The notes beneath the pieces are model-generated. The model ran no database searches. It was given only the letters and a program-made list of their open reading frames with translations, and was not told the origin of the DNA. From a virus, in the IMG/VR virus record IMGVR_UViG_3300042317_000390, positions 96,001-160,000 of that record: DNA of 64,000 nucleotides; one strand, 5' to 3'. Below, one piece after another: positions 58,133 to 64,000 of the stretch. Each line of letters starts with the position of its first letter. Position 1 is the stretch's first letter. The position numbers were made by a program, and so were the translations under genes.

Positions 58133-58140
58133 ACTAATAC

Positions 58141-58216
58141 GCCCAAATAGCTCAGCTGGTAGAGCAACTGATTTGTAATCAGTAGGTCGGGAGTTCGAAT
58201 CTCTCTTTGGGCACCA
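58141..58216 (+). tRNA. tRNA-Thr(TGT)
   Basis: GCCCAAA/TTTGGGC acceptor, ACTGA-TTTGTAA-TCAGT, GTTCGAATC, encoded CCA. Confidence 0.95.
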
Positions 58217-58221
58217 TAATT

Positions 58222-58297
58222 AGCGGGTGGGAGGTATAGTATCTCATCGGTCTCATAAACCGATAGAAGTTGGCGCAATTCCAACACTCCGCTTCCA
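58222..58297 (+). tRNA. atypical tRNA with CAT anticodon (Met or Ile2)
   Basis: ATCGGT-CTCATAA-ACCGAT anticodon arm; GTTGG-CGCAATT-CCAAC non-canonical T arm; AGCGG/CCGCT acceptor; CCA end. Confidence 0.7.
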
Positions 58298-58309
58298 AAA
58301 GGACACGTT

Positions 58310-58411
58310 ATGAAAGTAGATTATAGACTATTAGTCGTTTTCAGAGTTTTATCTTTCTTTATTATTATGATTGTATTCGGTTTTATTGGTGCAGATCTAT
58401 TTGGCGGTTAA
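58310..58411 (+). CDS. 33-aa hydrophobic peptide between tRNAs (absent from ORF track)
   Basis: AAAGGA RBS; MKVDYRLLVVFRVLSFFIIMIVFGFIGADLFGG*. Confidence 0.5.
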   Translation: MKVDYRLLVVFRVLSFFIIMIVFGFIGADLFGG

Positions 58412-58412
58412 T

Positions 58413-58487
58413 GCGGGTATAACTCAGGGGTAGAGTGTCAGCCTTCCAAGCTGTTCGTCGCAGGTTCGAATCCTGTTGCCCGCTCCA
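58413..58487 (+). tRNA. tRNA-Gly(TCC)
   Basis: GCGGGTA/TGCCCGC acceptor, CAGC-CTTCCAA-GCTG, GGTTCGAATCC, U73, encoded CCA. Confidence 0.95.
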
Positions 58488-58587
58488 AGTTGAGGGTAAT
58501 ATTAGGGCAAGGTCAAGCGGGATCTGCGTGGCAGGTTTCGTGAGGTGTCTAGTTTGTCTAGGTTAGACGGGGCTTGATCAATATATT

Positions 58588-59016
58588 ATGAATCGTGATC
58601 ACAAATACATGGCTTTTACTAGACGTATGGCCATAAATAATCATAACGACAATAGAGCAAAGTTGGCGGCTAGTCTTGTTATTCGTAACGAGATTATTTC
58701 GGTTGGCTACAATTCATACAAGACCCATCCTCTTCAAAAGAGATTTTCAAAGAACATAGAGGCTATATTTAAACATGCTGAAGTCGATTGTATTATTAGT
58801 GCGTTGCGCCATGTGGAACAGGAAGAAATGGCGAAAGGGACGCTCTACGTCTACAGAGTCAAGAAACTAACTAAAGATCACGTAGAGTGGTCTGATGGAT
58901 ACGCAGAGCCTTGTATTGGTTGTCAACAGGCTCTGCGTCATTTTAAGATTAAACGAGTTGTGTATTCTACTGACGATGATTATATGTATTGTGAGAAGAT
59001 ACCAACTAAGTGGTAA
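58588..59016 (+). CDS. zinc-dependent cytidine/dCMP deaminase-family protein
   Basis: IISVGYN; HAE; PCIGC; IKRVVYS. Confidence 0.85.
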   Translation: MNRDHKYMAFTRRMAINNHNDNRAKLAASLVIRNEIISVGYNSYKTHPLQKRFSKNIEAIFKHAEVDCIISALRHVEQEEMAKGTLYVYRVKKLTKDHVEWSDGYAEPCIGCQQALRHFKIKRVVYSTDDDYMYCEKIPTKW

Positions 59017-59665
59017 ACGTCTCATAAACCTTATCTACAAAATCTACCTTATTCTTCACAAATATCTGAGCAGGTTCGTTATCAACAGCTATCATGATAA
59101 CAATCTGTGGAATCTTAATCTTATAGATCCATTCGAACATAATAGCATAACAGCTTGACTGAATAAAGTAATCTTGGATCCACTCTTCCTTCTTTTTCTT
59201 AGCGGAAGTCTTATAATCTATAATCGACGGTATACCCTTATATTCGGCTACTAGATCGGTTCGACCCGCCGCCCGTAGGAAATTAGAGTAAAGGGCTAAC
59301 TCGATCCCTAAGACGTTATCTACGTGTTCGTCTAGGTAGGGTTTTATAGTATTGAACATATCTAGATTAGATGGAATCACTCCATCTTTGTAATCTTTAT
59401 TTAAGATATAATTCTCTGCCAAGGTATGCATGGCAGTTCCTCTCTTGGAAGCACGAGTTGTGGTTTTTTGAGCTTCCTCTTCACCAACTCGTTTCCTCCA
59501 TTCAATAAGAAAAGATTTGTCTGCCTTTTCGGAAATAACAGTGGTTACTGATCTGAATCTCTGACCGTTTGGTAAGAAGTAATATCTTTTACCGTTTTCA
59601 TAGTCCATACCAATATCATCTACTTCTGCGACAAAATTATGTTTGAATATCTTTCTGTGTGCCAT
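59006..59665 (-). CDS. PD-(D/E)XK exonuclease
   Basis: SVTTV; WRKRVGEEEA; RGT.MH; AGRTDL; IIDYKTS; Y.IQ...YA. Confidence 0.88.
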   Translation of the reverse strand: MAHRKIFKHNFVAEVDDIGMDYENGKRYYFLPNGQRFRSVTTVISEKADKSFLIEWRKRVGEEEAQKTTTRASKRGTAMHTLAENYILNKDYKDGVIPSNLDMFNTIKPYLDEHVDNVLGIELALYSNFLRAAGRTDLVAEYKGIPSIIDYKTSAKKKKEEWIQDYFIQSSCYAIMFEWIYKIKIPQIVIMIAVDNEPAQIFVKNKVDFVDKVYETFTT

Positions 59666-60287
59666 CAGTCACCGTATATATTGCGTCCATACGAGAAGTT
59701 GTAATGAAGTTATTTGGGTTATTCGGATCTGGTGCTATCCAGTTAAGTGCGATTGGACCAATACCTTTCGCCATATAATAACGAGCACCAGCTGTCTTCT
59801 TACCCCAAGATTGTTGATACACCATAGTGATAATATCGGTGTATCTATCTCCGTTTGATAAAGTCATTTCTGGAATATGTGATTCCCAAATAACCGTTTG
59901 GGTTCCAGACATGAATTGGGGAGGATTAGATCTAATTGGATCCATCTTAGGAAAATTACGATAGAAGCCTCCAATCTCTCCAAATTCTCCCCAACCTATA
60001 CCCGGATTCATAACTACTTTTTTGCGATTAGTAAACCAACCACCAGTTGGATAATCATCACGCCATTCCATTAACCCTTTGCCCGCCTCATAACGTAGAT
60101 ACCAAGTATCTACCCATTCTCCCTTTTCATTATAATCAACATAAAGTAAGTCTTTACCATCTAATGATAGAACAAACTTAACGATAAGATCTGGCATAGA
60201 CTTATCTACTGTTTTGTAATGAAAGTTGTGAATCTTTCCGGGTAGTGGACTAGGCCAATAATTTGGGACAAAGAATTTATCTGCCAT
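59637..60287 (-). CDS. hypothetical protein (Trp-rich)
   Basis: 216 aa in the operon; ends with ARYYMAKGIGP. Confidence 0.65.
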   Translation of the reverse strand: MADKFFVPNYWPSPLPGKIHNFHYKTVDKSMPDLIVKFVLSLDGKDLLYVDYNEKGEWVDTWYLRYEAGKGLMEWRDDYPTGGWFTNRKKVVMNPGIGWGEFGEIGGFYRNFPKMDPIRSNPPQFMSGTQTVIWESHIPEMTLSNGDRYTDIITMVYQQSWGKKTAGARYYMAKGIGPIALNWIAPDPNNPNNFITTSRMDAIYTVTDGTQKDIQT

Positions 60288-61048
60288 TATACTTGAATCC
60301 TCATCTTATCTTTAAGAATGATATACTCTTTAACGAGAGCAGATCTGACAATATCTTCAGCATTGAATTCTATGAGAGAGAATGATCTCATATTTTTAAC
60401 AACACGCATGAAATCAGTTAAACCGTTCTTCTCGTGTTCTCTGGTGAAGTCAGACTGTCTGAAGTCTCCACAGAAGATAACTTTACAATTATGACCTACA
60501 CGTGTGATAACGGAATCAAGTTCATGTAAAGTAGCGTTCTGCATTTCGTCTACGATAACTATGCAATCGTTGAGAGTAATACCACGTATAAAAGATGTAG
60601 ACATGAACTCAACAATATTCTTATTCTTAAGGTAGTCGTATGCATCGCCTCTACCAAATAGTTCGTTACATATTGCATAATATGGTGCTTCGTATACTTT
60701 CGTTTTTTCTTTAGAGTTACCTGGAAGAAAGCCCATATCTCTAGTCGGAACAACTGTTCTAACGATTACAATTTTCTTATAAACAGATTCTGGATCGTTT
60801 AGTATTTGTTTCAACGATAGATACATTGCCATAAAGGATTTACCTGTACCGGCAATGCCATGGAGCATAAGATTCATATCTTCAGAAAACGCCTTGAAAG
60901 CCCATCTTTGGTTTTCAGTCAATGGATCAAAGTGTCTTAAGTTGAAATTTAATTTCTCTTGATAATTCTCTTTTTGTGGTTTTCCTTGTTGGCGAAGAAG
61001 TCTTTTTTCTCTACGGGTTAATCTTTTTGTTATATGTTCTTCTTCCAT
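60287..61048 (-). CDS. phoH: PhoH-like ATPase
   Basis: G.AGTGKS; RDMGFLPG..KEK; FIRGIT; DEMQN; TRVG; GD..QSD; DIVRS.LVK. Confidence 0.95.
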   Translation of the reverse strand: MEEEHITKRLTRREKRLLRQQGKPQKENYQEKLNFNLRHFDPLTENQRWAFKAFSEDMNLMLHGIAGTGKSFMAMYLSLKQILNDPESVYKKIVIVRTVVPTRDMGFLPGNSKEKTKVYEAPYYAICNELFGRGDAYDYLKNKNIVEFMSTSFIRGITLNDCIVIVDEMQNATLHELDSVITRVGHNCKVIFCGDFRQSDFTREHEKNGLTDFMRVVKNMRSFSLIEFNAEDIVRSALVKEYIILKDKMRIQV

Positions 61049-61055
61049 TTTACCT

Positions 61056-61298
61056 CTAAAATGTGTTGATGGTACTCCGTGTAATGCCTTTATTATTTCC
61101 CTTCTTGATATGTTTTAACAGATCACGGAAACCCTGATCAGGTTTAGCCATACCTCTGCCAGAATGGATCATAGGAGCGCCATTTACGAGTTGAGTTACA
61201 TTTGGATTCTCTTCAAGGTAAACTTCAAGAGCAGAAATACTCATGAAGTCTTCATACTCTTCGCCAGTTTCATTATTAAGAAAACGATATGTGGGCAT
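61056..61298 (-). CDS. conserved small protein (MPTY.F.N..TGE family)
   Basis: Typical gene upstream of phoH in T4-like phages; KPD.GFRD.L. Confidence 0.7.
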   Translation of the reverse strand: MPTYRFLNNETGEEYEDFMSISALEVYLEENPNVTQLVNGAPMIHSGRGMAKPDQGFRDLLKHIKKGNNKGITRSTINTF

Positions 61299-61525
61299 TA
61301 ATCACCTGTTGAATCGAGATATGGACGCTTTACCGAAGTAGCATCCTTATACTTAGTCTTCATAGGAGTGTTCTTGCCCATGGTACCAGTGACCATGGGC
61401 GCTCCGTTAACTAGAAGTTCAACATGAGGATGATCTGCAATCTTCTCTTCCATTTCAGAGATAGACATTAGTTCTTCCCATTCTTCTCCTGATTGAGTAT
61501 TACGCAGCTTATAGATAGGCATCAA
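61298..61525 (-). CDS. tandem paralog of 61056..61298
   Basis: MPIY...N..SGEEWEE.MSIS..E......P.V..LVNGAPM. Confidence 0.7.
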   Translation of the reverse strand: MMPIYKLRNTQSGEEWEELMSISEMEEKIADHPHVELLVNGAPMVTGTMGKNTPMKTKYKDATSVKRPYLDSTGD

Positions 61526-61725
61526 TCGCTATCCTTATTCCATTCGAATTGATAATCATCACCAGACTCTTCGTCTTCAACTAATGAAGAAATATCTCTG
61601 GTTCTTAATGCACGCTCAACTCTTTTAGAGTTTCGCTTGTTTTCTCTTTCACGAGGATTATCGCTGTATTCGTCGTGATCTGAATAATCGTTTTTACGAA
61701 ATTTCTTTAGTGCTGATTTACTCAT
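61522..61725 (-). CDS. hypothetical protein
   Basis: 67 aa charged protein, overlapping operon genes. Confidence 0.6.
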   Translation of the reverse strand: MSKSALKKFRKNDYSDHDEYSDNPRERENKRNSKRVERALRTRDISSLVEDEESGDDYQFEWNKDSD

Positions 61726-62138
61726 TCTACAATTAGCCCTGGTAGCCCTTCTTTTACGTGATTGATTGTGATACCGTTAAATGGTAACTTCTTATCCTTA
61801 ATTGCACATAGAAGTTTAGCATCCTCTGGTGCAACTCTTTCTAGTAACTCCACAAACATAGACTCTCTTTTTGCCTGTGGTAGGTTATCATAGAAGCCCT
61901 TGATGTAATAACGTAGCTTCTCACACTCTCTAATGAGAACGTGTTCTTGGTCAACTAGATCGTTTGGCTTATAGGGAGGTTCGCCCTCTGGAAGTAACCA
62001 TACTACGTTTGGATCAAAAGCACCCTGTAGAATGATTCTTAGTTGAATGCTATCGTTAGCTTTTATTGCGTCAATCTTTTCTTGAGTCTTCTTTAATTTA
62101 GCAACCTTTGCTAGAAACTCACATAGTCCAATCTGCAT
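61722..62138 (-). CDS. conserved hypothetical protein
   Basis: FDP...W.LPEGEPPYKPN; KRE.MF..LLE....EDA.LL...KDK.L. Confidence 0.7.
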   Translation of the reverse strand: MQIGLCEFLAKVAKLKKTQEKIDAIKANDSIQLRIILQGAFDPNVVWLLPEGEPPYKPNDLVDQEHVLIRECEKLRYYIKGFYDNLPQAKRESMFVELLERVAPEDAKLLCAIKDKKLPFNGITINHVKEGLPGLIVE

Positions 62139-62148
62139 TTAATTCTCC

Positions 62149-63006
62149 TCAGAATTCAGAAATATATTCAGTTAAATTTTTAAGTTTATTTGCCATAAAA
62201 TAGCTTAGCAATTTACTTCTATCACGATTGTTCTGAGAATTATATTCACACATAACCTTCTCATGAATTTCGCTAGGAGTATAACTAAGATCAATAAGCT
62301 GTGCATTACGATGATAGTTCCTTGATACAGTTGTTTCCATATCATTAGGATTCATAGTAATATATTTTTCAATCTTCTTTGCAGTTAATGGTCTCTGTCT
62401 TTCTCCGATAACAAAACAGTTATCTGATGAAAGAATATTTGGAACACCATCGCCTGAGTCGCCCTTCATGATATGCTCTTTTAGGAACCTATCTGGATCG
62501 TCGTGAGTGATCCATTTCTTTCTGGTAGGGTCATACTGTTTAACATTAGCATACTTGTGCAACTGGATGAAATCCTTGTCTCCTGACAAGATCAAAATCT
62601 TTTCTCCAGTATTTAGGCTAGAACCAAATTCTTCGACAAGTGTGCCAATAACATCATCAGCTTCTGCAGACTCAATATCAATTACCTTATAAGGAAAATA
62701 TTCTTTGAGTTCAGATCTAATCTTATTCATACACTCGAAGATATTCTTCCAGTCTAGTTCTGAGGCTTCTATGTTCTTCTTACGATTGGCTTTATAGTAT
62801 GGGAAGATCTTTTTGCGCCAATAGTTTGTATTGTCACAAGCGATAACCATTTCGCCATAGTCTTCTTTGAATTTAACTCTGTAGGATCGAAGAGAGTTGA
62901 GAATCATATGGCGAACCATATTCTCTTCGAGTTGTGCGTTAGTGTGGTTTCCCAACTGCATTAGTAGGTTGGATAGCATCACTTGATTCAGATCAACGAT
63001 AATCAC
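62149..63006 (-). CDS. rnh: T4-type RNase H / 5'-3' flap exonuclease
   Basis: IVD.NQV; YWR...FPYYKANRK; EADDVI; ILSGDKDFIQL; GDSGDGVPNILS. Confidence 0.93.
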   Translation of the reverse strand: MIIVDLNQVMLSNLLMQLGNHTNAQLEENMVRHMILNSLRSYRVKFKEDYGEMVIACDNTNYWRKKIFPYYKANRKKNIEASELDWKNIFECMNKIRSELKEYFPYKVIDIESAEADDVIGTLVEEFGSSLNTGEKILILSGDKDFIQLHKYANVKQYDPTRKKWITHDDPDRFLKEHIMKGDSGDGVPNILSSDNCFVIGERQRPLTAKKIEKYITMNPNDMETTVSRNYHRNAQLIDLSYTPSEIHEKVMCEYNSQNNRDRSKLLSYFMANKLKNLTEYISEF

Positions 63007-63013
63007 GAAACAC

Positions 63014-63412
63014 CTATTCTTCGGTTTCTTCAGCTTCTTCTGGGTCTTTTAAATCTAAACTGATTTCATCTACTATTTTATAAGGAGAGTTCTCGTCAGT
63101 TGGTTCTTCGAATATGTTATCAGCTATAACTTGAAACGGATGAAAGATCTCATATTGTTTACATAGCAACGATCTAATTGCTTCAATTAGAAAAGCCCCA
63201 TCTTTGATATCCTCATCAACATCATCAGCTAAACCAAATCCTGCTATATCTAAATGATTAAAAATGATAGGAGCAAGATTTAATATAGTTTCTTGGATAT
63301 GATATTGACGCATCATATCCATATTGTGATGTATATCTTCTAGATTTGGTTCCTTAGCAGAATTGTTATGCTGCTTAGGAAATGTAATAACGTTATTTGA
63401 TTTTCCTGACAA
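63014..63412 (-). CDS. hypothetical protein
   Basis: NNVI.FPK N-terminus; E..RS.L......HP.Q. Confidence 0.6.
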   Translation of the reverse strand: MSGKSNNVITFPKQHNNSAKEPNLEDIHHNMDMMRQYHIQETILNLAPIIFNHLDIAGFGLADDVDEDIKDGAFLIEAIRSLLCKQYEIFHPFQVIADNIFEEPTDENSPYKIVDEISLDLKDPEEAEETEE

Positions 63413-63448
63413 GTATATTACCTTATTCTATACTGAACGTAAAGGTAT

Positions 63449-64000
63449 TTATTCGTGATGATACACTACATTACTACCTGAACCATAAAATTGAAAGTCG
63501 TAAATTCTGCAATCTTTATGATTGGTATAGATAGCACCTTCCACAGCTGTTCTTTTATTTTCTGGAACGTAGAAAAGAAAGAATCCACCGCCGCCTGCGC
63601 CTAATAGTTTACCACCAATCGCTCCAGCGTTAATAGCCGTGGTATAGATTTGATCGAAATAGTCTTGAGTGATATCTTCACATACTGTTTTCTTTTCAAT
63701 CCAAGATTCATGAAGTAATTCACCAAACTGATCTAGCTTACCTTTATGAATAAGATCCATAGCAGTATAAGCTTTTTCCTTTTGACACTTTACTTTATTG
63801 AACTTTTCAATATCAATAGTCATAGCCTTTTGCTGCTTCTGAAGAATGTTATTAGCATTTCTTCCTCTACCAGAATAGACTAGCATAAGGTTCTTTTCAA
63901 GCTTGCCAACGTTCGGATTAGTTAAGCGAACTTCTTCAACATCAACTTCGCCGTTTCTCTTAAACTTTAGAAGATTGAAACCACCGAAAGCAGCTGCGTA
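63449..64000 (-). CDS. hddA: GHMP kinase, D-glycero-D-manno-heptose 7-phosphate kinase-like (5'-truncated by window edge)
   Basis: Frame open to base 64000 (YAAAFGGFN...); FG.LLHESW..KK; GAIGGKLLGAGGGGF. Confidence 0.8.
   Translation of the reverse strand, partial: YAAAFGGFNLLKFKRNGEVDVEEVRLTNPNVGKLEKNLMLVYSGRGRNANNILQKQQKAMTIDIEKFNKVKCQKEKAYTAMDLIHKGKLDQFGELLHESWIEKKTVCEDITQDYFDQIYTTAINAGAIGGKLLGAGGGGFFLFYVPENKRTAVEGAIYTNHKDCRIYDFQFYGSGSNVVYHHE

Noticed and set aside
1035-62692. Many short alternative-frame and antisense ORFs in the track (for example 1035..1244, 27321..27686, 34536..34895, 38323..38643)
   Set aside because: Nested in well-supported genes, with no RBS or recognisable motifs; shadow ORFs
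63413-63450. Minus-strand sigma70 promoter TTTACG-17-TAATAT
   Set aside because: The -10 lies only 2 nt from the TTG start, so spacing is implausible
1-64000. Stop-codon reassignment
   Set aside because: Core genes are full length in code 11, and TAG, TGA and TAA all end genes at expected C-termini (for example gp13 and gp3 end in TAG)
1-64000. CRISPR array
   Set aside because: No regularly spaced identical repeats with unique spacers seen; the repeats found are coding

Overview
AT-rich 64-kb segment of a large T4-like myovirus read in the standard genetic code. Gene content resembles cyanophage/alphaproteobacterial T4-like phages (peptide deformylase, PhoH, 2OG-Fe(II) oxygenases, no gp24 after gp23); the host is not determinable from this window. 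Layout: (1) 1-22.3 kb, an unusually long array of Asn/Ser/Thr-rich fibre/adhesin proteins with adaptors and putative chaperones; (2) 22.3-38.2 kb, canonical neck-terminase-tail-head module gp13-gp23 plus gp3, with two free-standing homing endonucleases (GIY-YIG/NUMOD3, HNH) and TATAAATA late promoters; (3) 38.2-56 kb, uvsY, uvsW, gp55, gp47/46, an endolysin-like gene, def, a DNA-hypermodification operon and gp45/44/62/regA; (4) 56.4-59 kb, early-type promoter, an unidentified ~210-nt structured RNA, four tRNAs and small secreted/membrane proteins; (5) 59-64 kb, minus-strand block (exonuclease, PhoH, RNase H, heptose-phosphate kinase). The strongest candidate for a new system is the translationally coupled operon TET/JBP dioxygenase - PLP enzyme - amino acid:DNA transferase (aGPT-Pplase2) - P-loop DNA kinase. 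It suggests base hypermodification initiated by oxidation on DNA rather than by a dUMP hydroxymethylase, possibly docked on the sliding clamp. Other leads are dense N-x-S/T sequons in virion proteins (possible virion N-glycosylation), the unknown ncRNA, an atypical CAT tRNA, and convergent sigma70 promoters around uvsY-uvsW. All family assignments come from motif recognition by eye; no searches were run.
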